The notes under the pieces are model-generated. The model was given only the letters and a program-made list of their open reading frames with translations, did not search any database and was not told the DNA's origin. Shown here piece after piece: positions 25,002 to 36,888 of a stretch of 64,000 nucleotides of DNA. The stretch's first letter is position 1, and each line of letters opens with the position of its first letter. A program made the translations under genes and the position numbers. The stretch covers positions 60,822,001 to 60,886,000 of the forward strand of contig OX597823.1 in the NCBI GenBank assembly GCA_951406725.2, given 5' to 3'. This stretch comes from Octopus vulgaris (Eukaryota).

Positions 25002-26660
25002 CCCAATATATACATACTTACATACATACCTGCATGCATGTATGTATGTATTGGAGAGCCTTTGATTACTGATCAGCCCTAACAGGGCTGAAATACGAGT
25101 AAGCAATTGCAACAATCATCCTTACTGTGTCTCACCCCTTAAAGCCTGTATGAAACATGTCACCAAATCCTTTTTCTTCACACTTGCAGCTTCTTAGAAT
25201 GTCTTACCTACTCTCATTTTCGTTTGAGGCATCGGCCTGTAGAAGTTAGAATTGAATATCAATGACATGCAACTTTTTGATCTTGAAGGACCCATAATAG
25301 TTGTTAGCATTGCTTCCCTGTCTGAGATTGTGGTGTATCTGTGTTTAAAATTCCATATTTCAGTTTTATATGCAAGTGATTACACATCAGTTTTAGATTG
25401 ATGTTATACCTAGTTTTTATTTTTATTTTTAGGATATATTCTTTGCAATTTATTTATAAAATAATTATAGTTTTTAAGTGTCTCTGACCTAAATTTGATT
25501 TCTTATTGTTGCTTTTATTTTTCACTTGTTTAGACAATGTCCCGAGGAAAGGCATGAATACTACAAATTCCACAAATGTCTGACTGCCTTAAGTCAATAG
25601 AACTTATTAGTATCTGTTTACAGATACTTCTGATCCGATGGCTCATGTGATTGGTTCTCTTTGTTTCGTTAGTGCATAGGATAATAAAATATTAGTTTAT
25701 CTAGTTTACAGTATTACTTGTCATAGCGTGGAATGTTAAAACAACACATTGCTTAACCTACATTATTCTTTAGCTTCCTTGAGCAAGCATTATTAGAAAT
25801 GTATTCTCAAAATTTGCATCATTGTAAGTCTTCAGAGATGCCTATTTATGCACAAATTATAGGTAATATGACCCATCTTCAGAGATAGTGTTTCATATTT
25901 CAGCAAGACATTTTGAGTTGATACATTTGGATTCAAGCAAATAATGATTAGTGCATGTGCAATCTGAGCTTGAAAGAGAATTGATTAAGATAAGCCAAAG
26001 AAAAGAGGGGTAGAAAGTCAAAAGTATAAAGAGCTACATTTACAAGATGTAAGTTCCCTGATTTTTATTGAGAATTGCAGTAACAAGATTAGAAAATAAT
26101 AAAAGCTTGCGACTAATTGTTTTAAAACTTTTTGAAAGCTATCCAATTAATGTTATCATTTGTAACTCTACGTGTATATCAACCCTAAAGAAAGAAGACG
26201 AAAAAAAATTAATCTTACTGACATGAAGGTTTGCTCAAATCTACTGTATGTGACTCCATCTAATTTAATATTTTCAGCATTTCGTATGTACACCTGACTC
26301 ATAGACAAACATTTAGTGAGAATGAAAGAATTTGAATGAAACTGACTCTTCTTAAGTTTTATATGTTTGGCATCTGAATTAGTGAATGCCATGGATAAGG
26401 AAAGGTGTAATAATTCAATTTGATCTTTTTCAATGTTTGTTGTAATTTTGAAAGAAAAAGTAAAAAGAGAGCTTGAATCTTGATTCTTTTATTTTTTATT
26501 ATCCTAAATTAAATTCGCCAGTAGTAGCCTTCTAAGTATTTTTGTGCATGTGTTCTTCATTGCAGAACAGTTTTTGATTTAATAAAACATATAATAAATG
26601 AATAAAGTATTCTCTATTATTGTATCGTGTTAGCATAGCTTAACTAAATGCTAAATAATA

Positions 26661-26699
26661 AATTCTCACTGGTTTTTTTCTATTTACTTTCAGGTAAGT
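26661..26699 (+). other. Candidate recursive splice site (ratchet point) YnCAG|GTAAGT
   Basis: TTCTCACTGGTTTTTTTCTATTTACTTTCAG is directly followed by the consensus donor GTAAGT, with a long AG-free zone upstream. Confidence 0.5.
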
Positions 26700-27336
26700 T
26701 TTCACTTTTCGAAGATGCTCACACGAAGAGGAATTGTTTTGATCTTGCTCTAATTCTCTACCAAAGAACATTCTGACTTTGGGGACCTTTGAAACGAGAA
26801 GGTAAAACAGTCAAATTACCTATTAAATCTACATGGTAATCATCACAGAGAACGCCTTTTGAGTGTTTTGCCTGCTTAAGAATATTACAAAGAGAAAGAT
26901 CACAAGTTATCTTTCACTTAATTTTAGCAACCTCCAGTAAGTGAACTATCTCATATATGATATTTAATCAAAACAGCTATATTCTGTAAAGTTCATTTTT
27001 AAATGTTCTCTTCTTTAACCCTCATTTGCGTGTGTTTTACGTATCTGTGTGTGTGTGATTTATCATGTTTCATATTTTTATATTTCTTTTTCCATTTTCA
27101 CAAAATTTAAATTGAGTAGGATTTGATAATTTTAACTTCTCTTCTGTAGCCTTAATTGTATTAAATTTACTTTGATTGCAATCTCATACCATTTGTAGTG
27201 TTTATGTCAACCATAAGTATCACATTATCTAAGGCATAGTGTAGTTACCTCTCATAAACAATTCCTATATTTTCTAGCCCTATTACAAATAAAGTATGTT
27301 CATCTCATTCTTGACTGCTCACTTTTCCCATACTAT

Positions 27337-28303
27337 TTTGTCTACCTTAATTTTAGCCACTGGCATACACATAGGTTGGTTTCCACTAAGTTCATTCCTG
27401 ATCACAGCCATTTAGTTCTGTTGCAGCTATGTTCCATAAGCACTTTAAAGTCTTCTAATACTCATTTCCTTACATCACCATCACTGCACACAAACACACG
27501 CACACATGAACTGGCTGGTTATTCCCACCAGATTATATCTTTTGGTTTCCCTTTGTGCAAACCACTTGTTATACACCTGGTATCATGATACCATTACTAA
27601 CACCAATTATACTGTATGAGCAACTTACCTACTGCTATAATTAAAACTTTATTGCACAGCTAGACTCTGCAAAGCGTTTGAAGATTTTAGCTAACTGGCT
27701 GCCTACCTGATGTAGCATTCTGCATTCAGAGTTATAACAGTCTCTGCTCTTTCACATTCTGTCTGAATATGTTGTCAAGCACATTGACCAAGCTTTGATT
27801 TTGTTTATGCCTATCACTGAAAAGAGAAAAAAAAATGTAAAATTTTTCTTGAACATTCTTGTTTTGCCTTACTCTGCTTAAAGAACATTTATAGAACAGA
27901 AATATAATTTTAATCGTATGTATAGATTTAGATATTACTTGAATATTAATTGTGTGTAGTTATAGATGTAAGCGATCTATTTACGAACATTATTTGTTAT
28001 TGGAGTTGATTCTGTGAGAGAGTAATTTTAATCAGAAAATTATCCAGCATGCATAGCCTGTCTCAATCTTTGAAATGTAAATGGATGACGAATGCAGAAA
28101 CTATGTATATTTGTCTGCCTTAATTTTAGCCACTGGCATACACATAGGTTGGTTTCCACTAAGTTCATTCCTGATCACAGCCATTTAGTTCTGTTGCAGC
28201 TATGTTCCATAAGCACTTTAAAGTCTTCTAATACTTGTTTCCTTACATCACCATCACTGCACACAAACACACGCACACATGAACTGGCTGGTTATTCCCA
28301 CCA
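27337..28303 (+). repeat. 194-bp dispersed direct duplication (27337-27530 and 28110-28303)
   Basis: Near-identical copies at a 773-bp offset; about 3 differences seen. Confidence 0.95.
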
Positions 28304-29289
28304 AAACATTTCTTGATTGAAATGACCATCTTATATGATCCCTGCTACTTTTTTCTGCAAACCATTGCTATTCTATTAAACTGTCATTTGTCCAAATTTA
28401 GCCAAATGAATTTTTTTGAATATTTATTTTTGCTTGCAATAGCCAGTTCTTTCGGTCGAACTATCAGTTCTCCAGCTGCTTCAGATGCCAAAATATAAAA
28501 AATTGTCAGTGTAGTACAACGGTTTTGCAATGAAATGGGGAAACTATTTTTCCTTTTTCTGAAAAAGCAACATTTTAGAGCTATGACACTTTTGTATAAT
28601 AGCAACGAAATGATGTTCGTGCCAGAAGAACATCAAGAAAATAAAAAAAACGTATTTATGCAATGGAAAATATGCCAGCTTCTCAGCACTTTCAGACTTT
28701 CAGACATGCTTTCTGAATCCTTCACAGTTTTAAGGAAACTTTTATAACTCATTGCCCGTAGTCATGAAGAATATACAAAGAAGTATTACAAGGAGGTCCT
28801 TCTACTGACAAATACATTTGCTTTCATATCTACTTTCTGGTGTTCTCAGTCATGTTTACTTTGTGCCATACTGGGGATTAAGCTGAAATTTATTGGCACA
28901 CTTCACATAAATTTAAAAAACAAAAAAAAAGGGCAATGAAACATATGTTTTTTTTAAATTAAAACTTCAGAAAAAATTCAGGAAACTATTGTCTACTGTG
29001 TTTTAATTATTATTGCAGTTTCTCATACTTGTTTCAGTCATTAGAATGTGGCCATGCTGGGACACTATCTTGAAGGGTTTAATTGAACAAATTGACCTCA
29101 GTACTTATTATTCTTAATCCTAATACTTATTCCATCAGATATTTTTGCTTAACTGCTAAGTTATGGAAATGTAGACATACCAACACTGGTTGTCAAGAGA
29201 TACTGGGAGATAAGTGCAAGCATACACACATGTGTATATGTACGTATGTATGCATGTGTGTGTATATACATATGTGTCAGTGTGTGTAT

Positions 29290-29342
<53 letters not shown>

Positions 29343-29418
29343 GAAAAATACAACATGGACAAGAACGTATAACTCTTAGAAGACGACACAATAAACACGG
29401 ACAGGACATTCGAAACCC

Positions 29419-29481
29419 TCAGTCTTCAGTCAAGAACCGGATCATCGTAGTAATTTCGGCTGATTAATCTTGAGATTACTA
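29419..29481 (-). ncRNA. Hammerhead-like ribozyme candidate with non-canonical strand order (copy 1)
   Basis: Minus strand: UAGUAAU-C-UCAAGA-UUAA-UCAG-CC-GAAA-UUACUA-(12 nt)-UCUUGA-CUGAAGA-CUGA; stem III 7 bp, stem I 6 bp, stem II 4 bp. Confidence 0.5.
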
Positions 29482-29849
29482 GATCACGGCCAGCCCTCCA
29501 AGAAAAACCAAGCAACGAGCATTAGAAAAACTAAGCTGGAAGCGTAGATTTCCTGGAAGAAGGATCGAATGCATACGAACACCAGGACAGCAAAAGGGAC
29601 AGATATAAAAAAACAAAAAACAATAATGGAATACAGAAACATGAAATACAGAAGCATTAACGGTGAAAACAACAGTGTCTTACGACTGATAACAAGCAAA
29701 CAAATTTTTCTCTGGCGCAATGGAAAAAGCCTTTATAGTGGCGGACGAAAACAGCGATGTTAACAAGACAAGGGTCAGAAGCTGAAAGGCAGATTTCGGC
29801 CAACAGTCACGTGACAGAGAAGAGGGAAAAGAAAAGAAAGAGAAGCAAA

Positions 29850-29883
<34 letters not shown>

Positions 29884-30275
29884 GGACAAACGCAACAAAG
29901 AGAGAGAAGAGAGAGAAAGAAGGAATCAGAGAGGAGAAGGGATGGGTGTCGAAGAATGACCTGTGAGTGCAGAGCGAGACAAAGAAATAGGAGGGTAGTG
30001 GAAGACTAGACCAAAGAATCAGAGGAAAGAGAAGAGAAAAAGAGGATGAGTAGAGAGAAAAGAGAGAGAGGGGGACAGATCAAGTAAAAATGAGAGAGAG
30101 AGAGAGACAAACAGAGAGTCGTACCAATTATTAAGAATATGTGCTCACATAAATGTTAAGGGGGGTACGGGGCGCCTGGAATATATGTTAAGGTATGTAG
30201 AAAAATACAACATGGACAAGAACGTATAACTCTTAGAAGACGACACAATAAACACGGACAGGACATTCGAAACCC

Positions 30276-30338
30276 TCAGTCTTCAGTCAAGAACCGGATC
30301 ATCGTAGTAATTTCGGCTGATTAATCTTGAGATTACTA
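30276..30338 (-). ncRNA. Hammerhead-like ribozyme candidate (copy 2)
   Basis: Identical to 29419-29481. Confidence 0.5.
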
Positions 30339-31130
30339 GATCACGGCCAGCCCTCCAAGAAAAACCAAGCAACGAGCATTAGAAAAACTAAGCTGGAAGC
30401 GTAGATTTCCTGGAAGAAGGATCGAATGCATACGAACACCAGGACAGCAAAAGGGACAGATATAAAAAAACAAAAAACAATAATGGAATACAGAAACATG
30501 AAATACAGAAGCATTAACGGTGAAAACAACAGTGTCTTACGACTGATAACAAGCAAACAAATTTTTCTCTGGCGCAATGGAAAAAGCCTTTATAGTGGCG
30601 GACGAAAACAGCGATGTTAACAAGACAAGGGTCAGAAGCTGAAAGGCAGATTTCGGCCAACAGTCACGTGACAGAGAAGAGGGAAAAGAAAAGAAAGAGA
30701 AGCAAAGGAAGAGAGAGAGAGAGAGAGAGAGAGAGGAGGGACAAACGCAACAAAGAGAGAGAAGAGAGAGAAAGAAGGAATCAGAGAGGAGAAGGGATGG
30801 GTGTCGAAGAATGACCTGTGAGTGCAGAGCGAGACAAAGAAATAGGAGGGTAGTGGAAGACTAGACCAAAGAATCAGAGGAAAGAGAAGAGAAAAAGAGG
30901 ATGAGTAGAGAGAAAAGAGAGAGAGGGGGACAGATCAAGTAAAAATGAGAGAGAGAGAGAGACAAACAGAGAGTCGTACCAATTATTAAGAATATGTGCT
31001 CACATAAATGTTAAGGGGGGTACGGGGCGCCTGGAATATATGTTAAGGTATGTAGAAAAATACAACATGGACAAGAACGTATAACTCTTAGAAGACGACA
31101 CAATAAACACGGACAGGACATTCGAAACCC

Positions 31131-31193
31131 TCAGTCTTCAGTCAAGAACCGGATCATCGTAGTAATTTCGGCTGATTAATCTTGAGATTACTA
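31131..31193 (-). ncRNA. Hammerhead-like ribozyme candidate (copy 3)
   Basis: Identical to 29419-29481; retained in the partial third unit. Confidence 0.5.
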
Positions 31194-31809
31194 GATCACG
31201 GCCAGCCCTCCAAGAAAAACCAAGCAACGAGCATTAGAAAAACTAAGCTGGAAGCGTAGATATCTTTATATATACATATGCACACATACATGATGGGTTT
31301 TTCCCACTTTTTGCCTATCAAATTCACATGCAAATCTTTGGTCACCCGGGTGCTATAATGGAAGACACTTGCCCAAGAGTCCATACAGTGGGACTGAACC
31401 CAGAACCATGTGGGTGGGAAGCAAACTTCTCGCCACAAAGCCACACCTTTGCCTATTAATATGGATTTTTCAAATCCTTAAATATATTTATACTTTTAAT
31501 GTTCTGCTCTTTGTTGCCTAAGTCAAAAGCTCAGTCCTATAATGATTACGTAAAAAAATTCCTGAAAATGGGCATTTTCTTGCCATTTCAAAATTGGGCC
31601 ATATTACTGAAAAGACAGTTTTTTTTAAGGACAGTTTGTACTAAAAGTTAACAACTACAAATCATCATCATTATCATCACCACCACCACCATCATCACCA
31701 TCATCATAATGTCTATTGTTCCATGTTTGCATGGGTTAGATGAGAGTAAATTGGAGCAGACGCTTATATGGCTGGATGCTCTTCTTGTCAACAACCTTCT
31801 CATGTTTCA

Positions 31810-32020
31810 CAATGAGATGGCCGAATTGTTAGCACACTGGGAAAAATGCTTTGCAGCATTTTGTCTGTCTTTATGCTCTGAGTTCAAATTTTTCCAAGGT
31901 CCACTTCGCTGCTCATCCTTTCAGGGTTAATAAAAAATAAGTATCAGTTGAGGAGTGGGGCTGATTTAATTGTCTTACTCTCGCCTTGAAATTGCTGGCC
32001 TTGTTCCAAATTTTGATGCC
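31810..32020 (+). mobile_element. SINE family B
   Basis: TGGCCGAATTGTTAGCA...CTGAGTTCAAAT...CATCCTTTCAGGG...AAGTATCAGTTG. Confidence 0.75.
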
Positions 32021-33029
32021 AATATTTTGTCCAAGATATTTGGTGAAAAATTGGATAGTTTTAAGTCAGATGTTGAAGTATATACAGAAATTGCTATATT
32101 ACTAGGATTATCCTCTCCAAAGCCTTATCTACCTTTTACTCATCAATTAAGTCATAAAGTAAGTTATTGCTCATCTCTCCTATCATTATATCAGTTTTCT
32201 CTTCTCATGTCCTTGCTGGACTTCGCTCCAGTTTTGCCACCCCAAATTAACTCCTCTCTTTGTGACCATGTTTTCCCACTGGAACCTAGTTTAAATTGAG
32301 AATCAACCGTATTTGGCTATCCTAATTTACTAGTTTCATCTTCAAATGATGTTTCACTTCTAATCGTTGCAATCTCCTTGAACAGCCAAAAAAGTTTTTA
32401 TTTTCGCTCTGGATTTAAAAGCACATTTTTTTTTCTTCCATATCAACTACTACTACTTCTGCATTTCATTCCAAACTGATATTAGTTGAAAGTATTCTAT
32501 GCTATATTGTGAGAGGAAGGTATTAAAAAAAAAAAGAAGAAAAGAAAAATTTAATGATAAATATCATATTTGAGTGACAAAATATTATCTCATTCTCAAG
32601 TGTCATTTTCCTTTAAATATTTTAGTAATATGGCTTCAATGTTTTCTCCCTCTATCTGTCTTCTTCCCTGCATTTACCATTATTATTATTGTTGTTGCTG
32701 TTTTTGTTATTGCTATCATTGCCATTGCTGTTATTGATATTATTATCACTGAGTGATTAGATGAAATGATATTGTTACTCGAGTACCCCATTTGCATTCT
32801 GTTTTCAAATCTTGTTCAGTTTGATTTTTTCCTTCAATTCAAACTCCTGTATTTCTTTTTAACAATGTCCTCGCCAATGTTCATGATTTTCCTATTTTAA
32901 GAAAACGTTCATTATGTCATTGTTGCATGCAGAAACCAGTGTCTTTCCTTTCCAAACACTTCAATTGTTCCCTCTCTCCCTTTTCTCTCTCTGTACATAT
33001 ATATATATATATATATATATACATACAGA

Positions 33030-34340
33030 GAGAGAGAGTTAAGAATATCTGTTCCAATGCTCTTATTTGCAACAGTTCAAAGGGTCATGGAAGCAGTCAG
33101 TAACCATTTACAACAGTTTCAGTCTCACCTTCTCTCCTTACTTTTTGATCATCAATATTACTTCTGTTGATCCAAATCTATGGAAAGCCTGTTTTCTGAA
33201 ATCATTCAGCAGTACTCCCTTACCCTTTAGTTGTTTGATAAATACATTTTTGTTGCATTTGACACTGGAATACCCGACCATGTCAAGCAAGAAAATCTCC
33301 CAGCTGAGCTGCCCACCTATGGGCTTTAGCTATCTCTCATCTCTTGCATTGAATACTTCCTGTGAAATAGCACCGTTGCATCATGTGCTGATTGGCTCTT
33401 TTTGTCCGAGATTGTAACAAGTGTTGTGTGCTTCAAGGTTTATAATTATATCCAGCATCTTTCTCCTGGCTGTGAGATATTGTTAGAATGGCATGCTTGT
33501 TTTCACCTTTACCAACAAATACTTCTTTCCAGTTGCCACTACTGCTCCTTCTGAATCTTTCCTTCACTGACTTGATCTCTATGCAGCCTAGTCACCTCAT
33601 GTAAAACTTGCACCATCTCCATGAACAGAAACCTCAAAACATTCTTAATGAGATCAAGACAATCTATTCTCTTTCAACAGCTTAAAAGACATGCTTACTA
33701 CTACATATATCAAAGAAATACTCTTTTATCTCACACTCTTGGACTTTTGGACAACATAGGAGCAAAAACCCTCAGAAATTGCTACACTGACCATTCTTGA
33801 CAATTTCATGTTGTCAGCATAGTTAAAACTATATACAGGGGACTGGAAGTGTTTTAGCCCTGATCAATTATTGATTCTCCACAAAGGAGAAGCAAAACTC
33901 ACAGTGGAATACTTTTGCACATCTGGGATGGTGCTACTACTACACACATAAATATCATAGAGTGTATCCAAAAGAAAACTATTGAATTGCCAAAGTCTCA
34001 CTCACCAACATTCTACAACTTTTGGTTTGCTGATGTGCTGTGTCCTCACTCTGCTTATTCTGTAGTAATAATAGTGGCTTTGTCCTTATGAAGTTGTTTG
34101 TTGCATACCATCTTCACCCAGCCTTTCATAACACAGCCAACCTCTTTTCTCTTTCATCCATACTATGTCTTGCACTTCTCGCTCAGAGGCCACACTAACC
34201 ATTATATTCATGCTTCCTCCTCAGAGTGGCAACATATGTATTTCCCCCCCGGATATTAACTTACTGTTCAAACTAAAAATCAACTGCCTGAGTCATATCA
34301 ATGTTAAGAGGCTGGCTTAAGTCATGTGCACTGCCCTTCT
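33030..34340 (+). mobile_element. Highly decayed CR1/Jockey-group LINE (RT region)
   Basis: 33859-33990 gives PDQLLILHKGEAKLTVEYF/HIWDGATTTHINIIECIQKK with a frameshift, resembling LYKxxxRPxxEYCxxIW...LExIQ. The boundaries are uncertain. Confidence 0.6.
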
Positions 34341-34364
34341 CTCTCAGTGAGGCCCTTAAAAATT

Positions 34365-34668
34365 ATCATCATCATTGTTTATCATCTATTTTCCATGCTG
34401 GCATGGGTTGGACGGTTTGACTGAAGTCTGGAAAGCCAGTGGCTGCACCAGGCTCCAGTCTTGATCTGGTAATGTTTTTACAGTTGGATGCTCTTCCTAA
34501 CACCACTCACTGGCATCTCAGATTGAGATTTGCATGGTTTCAGTCTCAATGCTTTGATCTACTCGGGGCTATAGTTCTAAATACTTTTCCAAGGAGCTGA
34601 TGTGAGGAATTGAATCTGGAATGATGTGGTTTTGAAGTGAATTTCTTAAGTAAACAGCTTTGGCTGCA
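34365..34668 (-). mobile_element. RTE-like retroposon 3' end plus degraded SINE A head
   Basis: Reverse complement of the 21925-22040 element, followed by GGCTATAG...CCAAGG...ATGTGG blocks. Confidence 0.65.
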
Positions 34669-36888
34669 TTCTAAATATATATGAGTCTCAACATGTTTCC
34701 TGGAAGAAATTTTTTAAAATCAACCTTAGACATCAACTACACCAAATTAATCCCACCTTTTTCACTTGACAATAATTATCTTAATGTTAACTGTTTGCAT
34801 TAAGAAAAAGAAAATGAAGCTATCTACAAGGACTCTTTCCTATGTCTCCACATTCTAAAAGTATTGTACTCCTGAAAATCTTGCTGTAATAGGGAGTTCC
34901 TCAATGCAAAACTTAGTTTTCCATTGTTGATGTCTTGTAAGATGGAAAACAATGAACATGGAATAAATGGGAAAATATGTTTTGCATTAAGGAACTCCAT
35001 GTTAGAGCATGATTTTCTGGAACACAGACCTCAGTAGTTTGAAGGATACCTACTAAAATATAAGGCACAGTGGTAAAACCAGTATTAAGTGTGGGAAATA
35101 ATTCTTGACATGTATTTTATTTAGTGACAGAAGCACCATTAAATAAGATACATAAGGATATATATTGTCTAAAAGAGGAAATGGAAATATATAGAAGATA
35201 AATGATTTAAAGACACATTTTTGCCTGAAACTCAGTAGCTAGTTTACTTCTTGGGTTGATAATAAGTTTATATGCATACAGAAAAGCAAAGCTGGATAAG
35301 TATTCAAATATATTTAGCAATCATCTTCCATAGTGATGTGTTTATTTTATGCCAGAGAAACATTTGGCAATGTATAGTGTTGTATACACTTACCACACAC
35401 ACACAGACACATTTATGCATGTAAGAACATATGCATTCATATTTGTGTGGATGTGTGTATATGTGTATGTGTGTACATACATGTCTTTATATGCACAAAA
35501 ATATATTTGTATGTGTGTACGTACGTACGTATGTATGTATGTATGTATGTATGTATGTATGTATGTATGTATATCTATGTGATGAGTACATAGGGATAAA
35601 TTTTTCATGCAGGTACCGTATGAGCATTCAGTTAAAATCTGGGTTAAACCCAACTGCATCAATTTGTAAGAAGCACCTAGGGATTGCTGAAGGTGAGCAA
35701 TCCCAGTGTAATTCATCCGATGGGCAAATCCTAGGTCCTCTTTTCTGGATTAGGAATATTTTGCTGATCAAAATCCAAGATAATTACAATGAATATACAG
35801 ATGTACTATTTTGTATATTTATTGTAATTGTCTTGTATATACACATATACATATATATATATATATATATATAATATAATCATTTGCAAGTAGGTATGGC
35901 TTGGTAGTCTGTACTGTGCTTTCATTAAATGTTTTAAGTGACCTTAGTGTGACAAGCTGACTCAGTCACTCCCTCAACTCCCCTACGCATGCTCCAGCAA
36001 TGAGGTAGAACCTGTTTTTTTAGCTGCATGTCCTGGAGCAGTGTGAAACGAAATGCCTTTCTTGAGGACACAATGCACTGCCCAGTTCAGGCATAGGACT
36101 CCTTGATTTTACTATTGAGAGCCCAACACACTAACTACTTGACCATAATGTTTCACATGTACACACCCCACCATACACACACACACATACATGCACACAC
36201 ATATAGCTCATATGTACCTTCCTTCCAGCTATCTTTCATAAATATGAACGATGTATATTAAACTAGAATGTATTTGCTTTTATTTATATATTGTAGGCAT
36301 GCATTGCTTGCCTCGTTTCATGTAAGCAACATCAATTACGTGTGATGTGTGTGTGTGTGTGTGTGCCTGGTGTGTGTGTGTATCTACCTGTTTTATCCGA
36401 CAAAATACATCTTGTTTTGCCTGTTGGCTCCACTTTCCTCATAACTAGCTCCTTTTGAAATAGAACATATTTTGTTGAATTTATGAACTTCCGTCTTTGC
36501 GTTCTTTATTTTAAGTGGCCTGACCATGTTCCTATGAACTTGTCACCCCAAAAATGTGAGTGTATGTGTTTATAAATCCTTGGATCTCAGCAGATACATA
36601 TTTATCAACTGCCCTCAGCTTGTTAAATTATTTTTTTGAAAATCTAAAATATTTGTAACTATGTTTAAACATTATGACTATTAGATATTTATATACACAG
36701 AACTTAATTAATTTCTTTTTTTTTTGCATGCAAAGATGTTCCAATTGGTCGGGACATCATTATATATACTCAGAACTTTCTTTGCATAAATACACAATAG
36801 TTTTTATGCATGCCCATTGTTACAACTAGTCTGAGGTTTTGGAAAAATAATTCTGTTTGCCAAAATAGGACGTCTTAATTTTACTATA

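Larger units (their letters stand above)
29337..31261 (-). mobile_element. Non-coding partial-tandem element (857 + 855 + 213 bp), Penelope-like or retrozyme-like
   Basis: Units 29337-30193, 30194-31048 and partial 31049-31261 look identical except for (GA)n length. CpGs are intact, the element abuts (TA)n, and there are no TG..CA ends or PBS. The strand is inferred from the ribozyme-like motif. Confidence 0.7.
29020..31453 (-). mobile_element. SINE family A split by a 1.9-kb insertion (tail 29020-29225, head 31288-31453)
   Basis: Tail and head blocks flank the tandem element at the position of the SINE's internal microsatellite. Confidence 0.8.

Noticed and set aside
29405-29429. Canonical minimal type I hammerhead using CUGAAGA...CGAAUGUC on the minus strand
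   Set aside because: GAAA is missing and neither stem I nor stem II forms in that register; the scrambled-order fold fits far better.
29484-30814. Repeated 64-78 aa ORFs in the tandem element
   Set aside because: They repeat only because the DNA is duplicated; they are compositionally biased with no RT, GIY-YIG or gag motifs.
29337-31261. LTR retrotransposon or TRIM interpretation of the A-B-A-B-A repeat
   Set aside because: The 213-bp repeat lacks paired TG..CA termini, no TGG primer-binding site follows it, and no TSD is evident.
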